DNA of 59,483 nt, the filler included, from Sluysia triapertura (Eukaryota), in NCBI GenBank assembly GCA_046118255.1. It is 4 parts of 4 records of this genome, joined end to end, with 100 filler letters (N's around TTAATTAATTAA, not from the genome) between each part and the next. Parts side by side here need not be neighbours in the genome. Positions count along the whole stretch, not along the records: positions 1 to 17,313 come from JBJNIA010189719.1; 3 more parts are not named here. One strand, written 5' to 3'. Below, one piece after another: positions 1 to 11,984 of this stretch. The notes under the pieces were generated by a model. It did no database searches and was not told where the DNA came from. It saw only the letters and a program-made list of their open reading frames with translations. Position 1 is the first letter of the stretch. Each line of letters begins with the position of its first letter. The position numbers were made by a program, and so were the translations under genes.

Positions 1-41
1 AATAGATTTTAAGAAAGTTCACTGAAATTTTCTCTTTCTAA

Positions 42-43
42 AC

Positions 44-107
<64 letters not shown>
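42..107. repeat. (ACT)n microsatellite
   Basis: Near-perfect ACT run with a short ACC interruption. Confidence 0.95.
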
Positions 108-108
<1 letters not shown>

Positions 109-1614
109 GGATAGAAAACTGAAGCTAGGAATACAAACACTTAAAGAAGCAGAATGCCATCTAAGGTAGCCGAATAATCTTTAGGACATTTTCATAACAA
201 AAAATATTGTTAATTGCACTACTAAGTATACGCTTGCAAACAAAAGGATGAATTGAAAACCTATGTTAATAAACTGAAAAATTATTTTGAAAAAATCTTA
301 TAATAGCCAAGCCAGAGTACGGTCAAAATTGTCATCATCAATTCGGAAGTATTTGAAAGTCATTCGAAATCCGAAAATAAATTACCTTTATTATCGATGC
401 ATAAAAGCTAATAGTACTCATGAAAGTAGTGCAATAAGGCGTTAATCATAGGATCAGGCTTTGTAATGTCGATAATTAAGGAAATATGTTTTTGTTACTA
501 AATATTTATTTGTTAATTTTTTGAATTAATAAATATTGAGAACGGTCTTTCTGAATATTATGAAAGCGTTATTATTGATGCTGGGACCAATTAAAAGACT
601 GAAAATGTTAAGTTTACATGGAAATATCACAAATTAAAAATGGTATCTAATGAAAGCTGCTTAATATTTTATAGAATTGTATCTGTTTTGTAGTATGATT
701 CTGTACTGAAATTGCTTAAGTAATGTGACACACAAGTTAAAAAGAAAATGAAACATTAAAATTAATAAATTGATTTTTTTGTTCACGAATATTTAATAAC
801 AAAAGTTTTTAAAAAGTAATACAATGTTGTATGAACCAGTAGTATTATGCAGTTGTAAAAGTTATGCTTAAAACTTTAATGGATGAAATTGACCTATAGA
901 AGTTTATTAGCTTATTGTCTGCTAAATCTCGATATTATTTTATGTCATATAAGACGTGCAATCAGATAATCACAATTTCGAAAATTAATATCTAGCGACT
1001 GAGTACTTGACTAAGTTAAAGCGTATGATAATTCAAAGTCTAGACTAGAATTGAACAGAGCCAAGCAAAACGTTGTATGAGATATGAAATGCTTAAGCTA
1101 ACGATGATCTGTAGCATAGTATTGTTTAATAAAGCGTTATGATTGAATGGTTTAATGAATAACTTGAATTAATTATAAAGGTGTGGAATGCAGAATTTAC
1201 AAAGGACTATTTGATGATTCACGAATTTTGTTAGATATGAGTTTTGGATTGATTTTGTGATGTCGATGTAGTACCATTGAATTTTACTAAACTATTTTTA
1301 TTTTAATAATAACAGTAATAATGAAATGCGACTTGCAGCAGTATCTGCTAATTTACATTTCAATGGAGAAAGTTAATTAAAAATAATGTATTTATGATTA
1401 ATAGACTCGCATTTCATGAAATTTTAGAAATTTTACAGAAAATGTTGAACATTAAAAAAGATGCTGATGTTCTAAAATAAAACATTGGAATTTGTTGGAA
1501 TATTTTGTCATTTAATTATCGTTATTATGAAGTCTTACGTTTGGTGAACTCTGATGTTGAAATTAATGATTTATAAGATGTTTGAGGACAAACATAATTG
1601 AATTGGGTGAGATA

Positions 1615-1766
1615 TGTTGGGATGCAGACCTAGGTGCCATAGTGTAATTGAGTATAATAATCTAAAAATGTTAAACTGAGGTGATATCTCAGTGACAGAG
1701 CATCGAACTGTGTAGCGAGAGGTTCCGGGTTCGATTCCCGGTCAGTCCATTTTGTGAAGTCTAACA
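1615..1766 (+). mobile_element. tRNA-containing short TG...CA element (Helenus-like TRIM solo LTR), copy 1
   Basis: Starts TGTTGGGAT and ends GAAGTCTAACA. Internal tRNA-like unit at 1678-1749: A box TATCTCAGTGACAGAGC, B box GGTTCGATTCCC, 3' TCAGTCCA, then TTTT. Aligns end to end with 12106-12249 (-). Flanks share only ATA/ATA. Confidence 0.75.
1678..1749 (+). pseudogene. tRNA-derived sequence (not a functional tRNA)
   Basis: Good T-arm (CCGGG TTCGATT CCCGG) and A/B boxes, but the acceptor stem is mismatched and there is no proper anticodon arm. Embedded in a repeat. Confidence 0.7.
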
Positions 1767-1935
1767 ATAATAATACTGAGAAAAGCCCAGAAACTATTCC
1801 AAATGATAAAGTTACATTACCAAAACATATTACTATGATACAAATGAGTGCCGTAGTTGAAGTATCAATTATCAATTGCATATTCTAATTATCAGGAATT
1901 AACAGATTTGCAATACATTGTAAAATCAATATTGT

Positions 1936-1982
1936 CATTTGCTGATGAAGACTTATGTCAGACTAAGTCGAAATATCAAAAT
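1936..1982 (+). ncRNA. Candidate minimal/degenerate hammerhead ribozyme (Penelope-type)
   Basis: CTGATGA (1942-1948), A, stem II GACTTA/TAAGTC (1950-55/1964-69), GAAA (1970-73), then TATC. Stem I is weak. Confidence 0.35.
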
Positions 1983-2689
1983 TTAATGTATGAAAATTTG
2001 AGCAAACCAGAATTATGCAGAAGACTTAAGAAAATGTTCAAAAATACTTTCTCAACTAGCAAAGTTCAAATTTAATATTCAAAAATTACGTAATTATCCA
2101 TAATTCACAAAATACGTAATAAAACGTCTAACTGTAAATATTAAATAACAACCCTTAATTCCATTATTTTAATTCACAAAATAAAATTCATACGTTGCAT
2201 TATTTAATGCATTTACCAAATTCGTAAACAGAGACAATTGTAATACTTAAAATCCAATTGCTAAATACAAAGAAACTCATTAATGAAACATTCGGCAAAA
2301 TCTTTAACTGAAATAACACATTCTTCTATCATTAAATAGTCCTTAGTATATCATGTATTTGGCACCTTTAACATTCAATGATAATGTTTCAGTTAACAAT
2401 GCTACGTTACTGATTATTCTCAGACTTTAAGACTTCATGTTTTACGCGGCTTTTTGCTTGACTCTGCTCAATACTCATCGAGACTTTAATGAAGTGTAGA
2501 TGTCTGCCAAACCAATGATATCCATATTGGCTGCATTATTGCTAATTCATATTTCATATTTCATTACATTAGTCACCAAGAAAACAGAATAAAATGTTAT
2601 TATGGATGGTATTTTTTAATTATTTGTTGCTTAACATCTAAAGTATATTCTTATTAGTTTACTTTATTTATTTGAAAGCAAAATGAGCA

Positions 2690-4060
2690 ATTCAGAAAGA
2701 TTAACAAAATATTAGAATTAGAAGCAAAATATGAGGAATTGATACTAGGTGATGGATAGAACATAAATATGCTAGAGTAAGAATAATGAATAATAATAAT
2801 GAACAATACCTTGGAGTTCTAAGACCTATGTAAGACTTTGGACTTGGAAAACCTTTAGAGGCGTTGTAAACTTTTTAACTTGTGAACCTCGAGATCGTCA
2901 AAGACCTCATTAACCTTTTAGGAATCTTTGAGACTTTCATAAGCATTTCAGGCCTTTGAGTAACTTTATAAAGTATTTGAAATCTTTACAATATTGGAGA
3001 AATAAAATCATTGAGGATAAATTTTATTCACTAGTAATTAACATAAATAAGTGGAGAAGGGAATCAGGGTGGCATCTAGAACCCCTTGAGTACCTTATAA
3101 AGTACTAAACCGTATTAGAACCTTAGTAAAACTTTTAAACATAAAAATAAGATTAATTCTAAAAATAGATTAATTAAAATCTTAATTAAGAAAAATTACG
3201 TTTTCGTAAATAACTTCTGAAAGAGGAATGCTATATTAAATTTGAAACTGTGTATGCATTTGTTTTAAAAAGACCTTTCGATGAAACTATTGTTTGATCG
3301 AGTTCATGCAATGAAAGCCTTAATATTGAGCAAAGTCAAATTTTAATTAATTTTTAATTATGGAATGTTGACTTTGTAGTACTTAGAATGATGAAAAGAT
3401 GATGACTTGAATATGAGATAACTGCTATGAAAGAGGAGAATCTAAAAGTGAGTTTGAAGTGATTTGTTTGAGAATAAGAAAGATAAACTTTTTGGATGTG
3501 AAAAACTTAGAATCAAGTAAATTCTAAAACTAAAAAGTATAAAAAGTAATATTTGAAAAACAATAACAAGTAACAAGACTTTAATGCTTCTGATGTGAAA
3601 ATTTTGAATTTATTTTATAATTTTGATTTTAAGTAAATTGGTTTTTGGGTACATTTCCTATTTAATTATTTACAGTTCCGAATTTTGTTTCTTGATTAAG
3701 TGACGAGTAAAGTCGATTTATAGTTAATAACTTTTAGAAGAGATTAATTAGTAAATTTTATTTTGTTTTCTGCTATATTGAAAAATATATCGAAGTTGTA
3801 GTCTAATCTAATTGTTGAGATTCTTGAAGTCACAGAAAAATTTATAGTTGTTTTCTGGGAAGTCACCCCTTTATTTATTTATAAAATTATATTTGAAAAA
3901 TACATAATTTATTTTTTTGTTGCGTCACCTTTGATTATTATTTTATCTGTGTTAATTATTTTTATTTTTAATCATTGATAATCAACAGTCGTTTTAGTTT
4001 TCGAATATTTGACTAGTATTGGTAATAACTTTTAATTTTGAATATTAATTGAAATTGTTT
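2690..4060 (+). repeat. Interspersed LTR-like repeat, family A/B
   Basis: Shares CCTTGGAGTTC.AAGACCTAT, GAGTACCTTATAAAG, GAGGAATGCTAT, TATTGAGCAAAGTC and GTTGCGTCAC blocks with 24350-25990, 30059-30450 and 45099-45347(-). Boundaries approximate. Confidence 0.75.
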
Positions 4061-4939
4061 GAATTAATTGTCTCCTTGTTGTATATTGAATATATTTAGA
4101 TTCGTATTACGCTTTAAGTTTCAGTGTTGAATTTAATAGATTTGATAGTAATAAGGAATTACTAAAGAAGTAAAGAAAACCAAATTAGAAGTCAATTTTT
4201 CTCATTCGATGATAAATTTAGATATTCAACGACAATTCTGAAAATTTCCGTCGCACGACCAAGTATTATTAACAAATACTATAACTCAATCCAAACTTTA
4301 TGTTATTGTTTGGTGAGTCTTAAGCTTTACTTTTACCATTTTAGACCTAGGAAATTTTGTTTAATAATCAATAAAGTCTACTATTTTGTTTTTCATGTGG
4401 TAGATCTTAATCCTACTAGTATCAAAATTCTATTTGTGCGCCTAAGAAAGGATTATTTTACTAAAAGTTATGAAATAAAATTAACGTCAAGTTTTATTAC
4501 ATTTAAATTTGGAATGGGAGTTGAAATACACTTTCCGATTTTTATCACTCGGTATTCAAATTGAAATAAATTTAAGCCAAAATTAGAAACTCAATTATAT
4601 CTTAATTAAATACATAAATGAAGAGCCTTTCTTAAGTTTAATATCAAGTGTGATTAAGATTATAAAAATAATATTGAATACGTTTAATAAAGAAACGATA
4701 AAAAGTTGTTTTGTGATATTGATTTACGTCTTCAAATTCCACTCTGCTTAACATTTTATTGCAAACACTTACATCAGGCATAACTTCTAAATATTCTAAA
4801 ATATTACTAAATTTTTTTACTTCGCAAAACAGAATGATAACGGTCCTTTATTTCTGAAACTCAATTCAGTATACAACAATGTACAAGATAAGACAAAGCA
4901 ATCTTAATTTTAAAGCAGTCAGTACATAGTAAGTTGCAG

Positions 4940-5070
4940 GCAAAAGCTCCGTTTTTACAAATCTTATTATGCTAGACTTATCCTATAATCATTTACAAAC
5001 TTTACCCTTAATGAAACATTTATGTATACATGTCATTCCATCCCGGTATAATATCTTCATCAATGAATAA
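4940..5070 (+). pseudogene. Leucine-rich-repeat coding fragment
   Basis: Frame from 4951 reads VFTNLIMLDLSYNHLQTLP, matching LxxLDLSxNxLxxLP. It is bounded by stops and preceded by a possible TTGCAG acceptor. Confidence 0.45.
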
Positions 5071-6504
5071 TGGCCAACGTATTTATACACTTCAGATCCA
5101 GTAAGGTTTAGGCAAACAATTCAGTAAGCGTAATGAATTTTATTCTTTTTATACATTGCATTTTCATGATATATTTAATTCATATAGCAAGAATCCTATT
5201 TTTCTTTTTATTACTTTTTATTCAATAATTGTCAGACCATTCCCCTTTAAAGTACAAGATAATATTGTGCGACTATGTACATGAAATGAAACTAAGTTTA
5301 ATTTTAAACCAATACTGATATTATTCAAAAATGAATTAAAAATTGAAATAAATTCCTGATATATGTTACTAACCCATATCAAGGTTGAAATAAGCTATCA
5401 ATCTTAGAAAATATTTACACAGAAGTTATTTTGATAATGACATAGTAAACAATAACTTAGAAGTAAACTCTATGAAGCCCCATATCATTGGAATTTAGTC
5501 CAAATGTTGCTGTAACGAAGAAATCATAAGCAAGTTATCAATGATTATTTTAACTTATACCAAAGATACGTTGCCAAATGTAAGTTAAAATTCAATAACG
5601 TTAAAGTTTATATTACAGTTAATAACAGTGATAGTTTTCTTATGAATTTTTCAAGTTAGATAAATGAGATTTCAAGCAGATCTATTACGTTTAATTTCAA
5701 TATATTCAACTGGACTATATTATTCTCTGACTTCGGCCATACTTCCTGGACATTTAATATCTTAAAATTTCTATTTCCCTTGGTCTATTCATATTTCCTA
5801 GACATTTTATATTAATTTATGGTAGCGTCAAAAATTGGTGGAAATATTTTATTTAGAACTGAGTTTGTCTGTGATCTAAAACTTACAACAAATGGCTTAT
5901 CCACAGGATTTATAAGATGAAATCAAAGTGCGAACATCATTAGTATAGCAATAAAATAAGTGAATTTCATGAGTTTACTTTCCAAAAGACACTAAAAACA
6001 TTTTGTCGAGTAACTTACCAAAAACACAAATCCCACATCATCCAAAAAAAGCACGTACAAAATTCAACTGTACCGAACGTTTTTTATTTTAATAAAATTT
6101 GGTCTTTTTTATATCTTTGTTATTCTGAGTTTCCAAATTTAAAGTATAACAAATATTAAAGTATTTAAAGTAATTGAAGACTTTAAACATTGAAATATAT
6201 TAATTTATATTTTATAATTTTATATTTAAAAACACTTATTTTTGTAATTTAAGGTATGGTAGTGCTGAGCAGTATTTATTAGAAGCAGGTTTAAATGGCA
6301 AAGAATTGGAAGAAGTAAAGCGAAATGTACGCTTGAAATAACAATGTTAAACACCTAAATAAAACATTGTAATTAGTTACACTGTACATTTAATGAATAC
6401 CCAATAAAAACGATAGCTTTTTACTAAATTACTTATGTTCTGAGTCGTATAGAGACACTTTTTGGTACCACATAAATACCAAAATCAGATACAAAATCAG
6501 AAAA

Positions 6505-6779
6505 ATGTTAAATTGGACGAGGATGTAATTTCCAAAACAAAATATTCATTAAAAAAGCTGATGATGTTATAACACATAGATTGTTCAACAGATCAACGCC
6601 TATCTTATTGCAGGATAACACTAGGCCACTAACTTCACAATCAACTTTGACAAAACTAGGGGACTCGTTTACTATCACTTCCGCAATTTGGAAAAATAAT
6701 GTAATTCCGACAATGGCGAAAGTGCATAGACAATAGGGTTCATACTTACAACCAACAGATTTAATCTTTGACAACCTAA
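6505..6779 (+). mobile_element. Internally deleted mariner transposon relic (3' part)
   Basis: + strand reads HRLFNRSTPILLQDNTRPLTSQSTLTKL (mariner LVNRxxPILLHDNARPH motif) and WRKCIDN (C-terminal RWxKCxxxxGxY). Ends with TIR-like TTTGACAACCTAA. The listed - strand ORF 6508-6774 is its antisense shadow. Confidence 0.8.
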
Positions 6780-7240
6780 TTATTTAATGATAAGCATTAA
6801 TTTAATTCTAAAATTTATGATAATGATTATAAAAATTAATAGAAATAATAATTGAAAAGTAACAATAATAATAAAAGTAATTATAGAAATAAAAATAACA
6901 ATCATATAATTAATTAAAGAAATAGTTAGTAATTGATAATAATTTTAATAATGGATGTAGTGTTCAACTTATTCACGAACCTTTAACAAACTCATCTACA
7001 AATCTTGCATGCACAGTACAACTTTACCACATCTTTCACACAGGCCAACACCTAAAATACAATATACTTTAAACATATTATATTAATATACTTTATCTTA
7101 AATATAATATAAAATATTTAAATTATAATGATTTATCATAGAGCACTATTTTAATCCGCCGATATCGCCTCTCCTAACTGAATCAACATTGTGTTAATTC
7201 TCACACCTTTTTTATTATTACTTCTATTATTATTACCGCT

Positions 7241-7345
7241 TGTAGTGGTCAACTTTAATAACTTAAAAATTAAAACAAATCTTGTTAAAAAACAATCCTC
7301 TTAACAGCCATACTCCTTAATCCATAATCACAATACCACAGATCA
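7241..7345 (+). repeat. LTR-like repeat family C terminus (TGTAGTGGTCAAC...)
   Basis: About 100 bp nearly identical to the reverse complement of 44995-45098. The same terminus occurs at 17489(-) and 55505(-). Confidence 0.75.
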
Positions 7346-9003
7346 ATTTATGCTTACGCAACTTTTCTTAAGGTGTTGCTTTAAAAAGAAAAATCAATTT
7401 AACAAATTTTACTAAACCCCTCTAAAACAAAAGTAACCTTCTTAAAGTATATTACTCACACTTAAAAATTATACGTACAACCTTTAACAAAAATTATATC
7501 AATAATATTTTATAAAACAATTCAACCTCGGTTGGCTGTTAATGATTTTGATAATATATTTCGCAACCCTTATTAAGGTGTTACATAAAAAGAAAAATTA
7601 TTTTATGTAGAGTTTATTATTCCCTTGTGGTGAATAATCTATATAATTAAAATTACTTCTGCATGGAAAAATAATTAATTTTTGAAATAAAATTCTTCTT
7701 AATTTATTTGGAAAATTTTGTACTATCGTCTTCTTCAATCTCTAAAATTTTGTTGTGTAAAAAATTAAATTATCCTTACCTATTTATACTATGATCCTCC
7801 ATTTAATTTTCCATTTTAAAATTTAATTGAAATAAACAAACAAAATAAAAATTTTAAAATAAATTTTATTAAATTTGTAATTCATTCTTTATTAAATTTA
7901 CTAATATTTTTATTAAAAAATTTTTATTCTAATTAATTCTAAATTTATTCTAATTTTATTTCACAAATTTTAATTTATCTAATTTTAATTATTTAATTTT
8001 AATATAATAAAGATATTTATTTTAATATTTATACAAAACACTTAAATTCACAAAATATTAAATTTACAAGATCTAAAATATTTATAAAATAAACATAAAA
8101 TGTTCTTTATAAATAAACTCTGAGAAAATTAAATTTAAAACACTTACATTATAAATTTCCAAAATTATTCCAAAATAATAATAATTTAGATTTATCATAA
8201 ATATCAATAAAGATTAACAAAATCATAAAATCAATAATTACAATAATTAAATGCTCATAAATTCACATATAATAAATGTTTGTGTTTGTACACATTATTA
8301 TTAGTTTATATCAGTTTATAGACACATTAACGCAGCAAAATTTTAATATATTAAGTAATAAGCTTCATATAATATAATTTTTATTTAGATTTTGAATCTA
8401 GCGGTAAACCAGATGTAAAAATTTTGGGGAATATGAGTTCTTTTGAACTCCTGACACCAATTCTTTGGGGAAATATGTTGTTTTCTGGGCTTCTGGCACC
8501 AATTTGGTTGTCAGAAGATTGCATTTTGTCGTAATACATGATAATACTTACTAATTTTTAAATTATATATTATCTTTTTTGTATTGAATTTTGAATAACA
8601 ATATAAATCTAATTTTATTAATTTATCTTTAAATTTAAATTTTCAAAAACTTCATTAGAATTTAATTTAAAATAAGACAAATAAGTTGAACATAAAATTT
8701 TATTTATAATAGTCTTTTTTGCGGTTAATTGTTTTCTTTGTGTATCTCGATCGAGGTTGCACATACCTATCTAACAAAAGGTATAATTTATAATACTGTT
8801 ATAGTAAACAAGAAAATAAATTACTTTTAGAGAGTTAACAAAAGGCTTATTGTTAGTAGGTACAGTTGCCGATAAACTAAGGTTGTTCATTAGTTCGGTA
8901 ATTCTTGAAGCGAACTTCCATTTTGATGCAAATGCCTTGATTGTCTGTGCCGAATCGACAAAAGGCTATCATATTAGGTTCGTAAGTATATAGTTTAAGA
9001 CCA

Positions 9004-9725
9004 TTACTCATTGTTGCTACGTTTAATTTTATGGTCACGATCTTTATACTCTTTTGGATCTACGTCACTACCTTTATACTCTCTAACTTTGTGGTAATAA
9101 TTCTTATAAAAAATTAATCGATACTCGTTATCTTTACACTCTCTAACTTTGTGTTCGTAATCTTTATAGTTATCATTTCAATGTTCAACTTTATGATAGT
9201 TATCCTCATACTCTTACGTGATCGTCATAGTCGTTATACTCTTTAAATATATGGTCATATTCTTTATCATTATTATTATAATGTTGAACCTTATGATTGT
9301 TATACTCATATGCTTTTACAACATCGTTATTGTCTTTATCTTCTTTAATTATATGGTGATAATCTTTATGGTCATCATTCTCATGGTCTTTTACATGATC
9401 AACATTGTCTTTATTCTCTTTAATTATATGGTTATATTCTTTATCATTATTGGTATAATGTTGAACTTTATGATTGTTATGCTCATATTCTTTTACAAGA
9501 TCGTTATCGTCTTTATACTCTTTAATTATATGGTCATATTCTTTATCATTATCATTCTAATGTTGAACTTTATGGTCATGATTCTCATGTCCTTTTACGT
9601 GATCAGCATTTTCTTTATGGTCTTAATCTTTATAATTATCGTTACAATGTTCAATTTTATGATAGTCATTCTCATACTCTTTTACATGATAAGCATCGTC
9701 TTTATAATAATAATGAACTTGAGTG
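9004..9725 (-). pseudogene. His/Tyr/Lys/Asp/Asn-rich tandem-repeat protein, disrupted
   Basis: - strand gives a ~34-aa (102-nt) unit like HKVQHYNNNDKEYDHIIKEYKDDNDLVKEYEHNN. Open for 116 codons (9556-9209). Stops at 9625-23, 9559-57 and 9180-78, and a 2-nt frameshift near 9213. Confidence 0.6.
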
Positions 9726-9891
9726 TCGTTTATGATCTTGTTTGATAACACTCAAGTCTAATGGATATCATTATTAAATATAATTTGGTTCGTTAAACAG
9801 AAATTGAGCTAAAACTGTGATTATTAATTTTGTTTCGCGTATTGTGAAATTATTACTATGAATTTTTCATTAAAATTTATTTCGTATCACG

Positions 9892-9959
9892 ATTGGCTGT
9901 CCAACCACAATGACTTTTAGATTTATAAACACAACTACTAATTTGGTTGGACAGTCAAT
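9892..9959. repeat. 68-bp inverted-repeat mini element
   Basis: ATTGGCTGTCCAACCA...TGGTTGGACAGTCAAT (15/16 complementary). A related element of the same length is at 54404-54471. Confidence 0.6.
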
Positions 9960-11984
9960 AATCTGTTAACTATATGTAACGATGAAAATCAACTGTGATG
10001 ACAACCATCATCATCAGTGACACAAAATTGTAATTATAAAGCAAAAATGTCGCTGTTGATGATGACTGAGAACTGCGAATATTAAAATTTTAATTTTTAT
10101 TATTTTGAAATAATAATGTAAGAAAAGTGAGTGTAACAGAATAAGTTAAAATTAAAGTGAGTTCACCAACGTATTGGACTTACCTGTCAGGGCCAACCGT
10201 TGGATTTTGTGTGCAAATTTAATTAAGTAACTGGAGGTACTTAAAAATTTCTCAAGCTTTAGTATATTCAAAATGGAAGCTTTTATCTTTAAAAATTTTT
10301 ACTAATATTTTAATGTGGTTCTTACTCTGGACCAAAAATGATTTTAATCAGGTTCTTAAACCGAACCTTTAATAATACTATGAATATTTTAATTAGGTTC
10401 TTACACTGAACCTTTTCTTTATGTAAATTTAAAAAAAAATAAAAATAAATTCTCCTCAAATTTATTACAAATATGCTAAATATACAAGTGAATATAACCA
10501 AATAAAATTTAAATAAGATTATGATTACAAATAATCTTCTAATAATAACAATTTTAAAATGGGATTTTAATCAGCTACCCTGAAAAGGTAGCTATGTTAA
10601 TATTATATAAAATTTACGTATATTTTAAAAATGCAGTTTGAAATACTGCTAATAACTTATATATAAAAAACTAACGATTAAAAATGAAACAAGGAATAAG
10701 TCTCTTCCGAAGGATTCCTTAAAAATCTTCAGCCTTTCTCGTGAAATAAGCTCCAAAAAAATCGTTTCAGAATTATTGTGTTTTTGCAATTGTGAGAGTT
10801 ATTGAAATGTTATTACTATTTATACCTAATGGAATGACCTTGTGGTCATTTAAACAAAAGTTAAATATGTTAAACACATTAACTTCAAAATACCTGTTTT
10901 TCGGTATCAGCAGAAAATGTTTAAGGATATTTTAGTTAACTTATATAAAACATTTCGCGTGATCAAGAAGGAAGAAATATCGTATGAATGTTTCAAGATC
11001 ATCATATATGTTAACGACGATCTAAGATCGGCATTATATTTCAATTTCACTTTTAGACATTTTTATCTGTGCAAAAAATTGTAGTTATAACGACAAAATA
11101 TATATATTGAGTTTATTTAGCTATTGAGTTCTAATTTAATAATCTGGAAAAATAAAAGTAATAAAAGACACAACATATATATATACACCAGTTAATCTTA
11201 AAAGCACGCAGACATAATAGAATTAAAATTTCGTTGAAAATCTTTATCGAAGAAATATAACTTTCTTGGAAAATTCACTGTCGATTTTGTTGAAGCGATT
11301 AACTGGATCTAAATTAAACACTTGGAAAAATCAATCAATTCTCTTTGGAACGTCAATTCTTTAAGTTACTAGTAATACGCATTCGCTCTTCTTTTATTTG
11401 GAATCATAACGATTGATGTCACAATAACTAAATAAATATAAAATCGCTATATATTTGTCATATTATCACAAAACTACAACTACAAATTATAACAATACAA
11501 ATTACTTTTTATAAAAATGTAAATTATTCTTTAAGACAAATTACAACCAGGGGTGACACAACTTATTTAAACTTTAGCACCCGTATCAATGCAAAATATA
11601 AACATTTAGAAATGTATTACCAACCCTTGCCTTAAAGAGAAAATGAATTATTTTAGTCAACTGCTGAGAAATGACTTTGGTTTCACCGTTATCCACTGAT
11701 GAACCAAAGCAGCTTTCCCACAGTTAAAAAGTTTTCTTAATTTAATTTATCTTGACTCTGTCCTATTGTCGCTTTTACTTCTGTTTTAATTGCAGAAATG
11801 TAAGTTCTTATTTCTTCGTATTTCTCATTATTTTATTTCGATTTAAATTTTTATATGCTTATCCTACTATTACAGTTCATCATAACATCTCATCTTAATT
11901 CTTTAATAATGTTGAACTTATTCTGTTACCCTTAGTCTTGATCCTTAAATCTACCTTTATCCTTCACTAATACCAACATTTAAA

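Noticed and set aside
1678-1749. Functional tRNA gene or tRNA-SINE
   Set aside because: Anticodon and acceptor arms are defective, the unit is internal to a TG...CA element, and there is no tail.
6990-7055. Minus-strand DVVKLYCACKIC resembling an integrase zinc finger
   Set aside because: Too short, stop-bounded, no HH or DDE context, and it lies in a family C-like repeat.
9218-9745. 175-aa hydrophobic + strand ORF as a membrane protein
   Set aside because: Its I/F/M/V-rich composition is the expected antisense reading of the - strand H/Y/K/D/N repeat.
10179-10193. ACTTACCTGTCAGGG resembling the U1 snRNA 5' end
   Set aside because: Similarity stops after ~15 nt, with no U1 stems or Sm site. 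It is equally a reverse-strand CAG|GTAAGT donor-like site.
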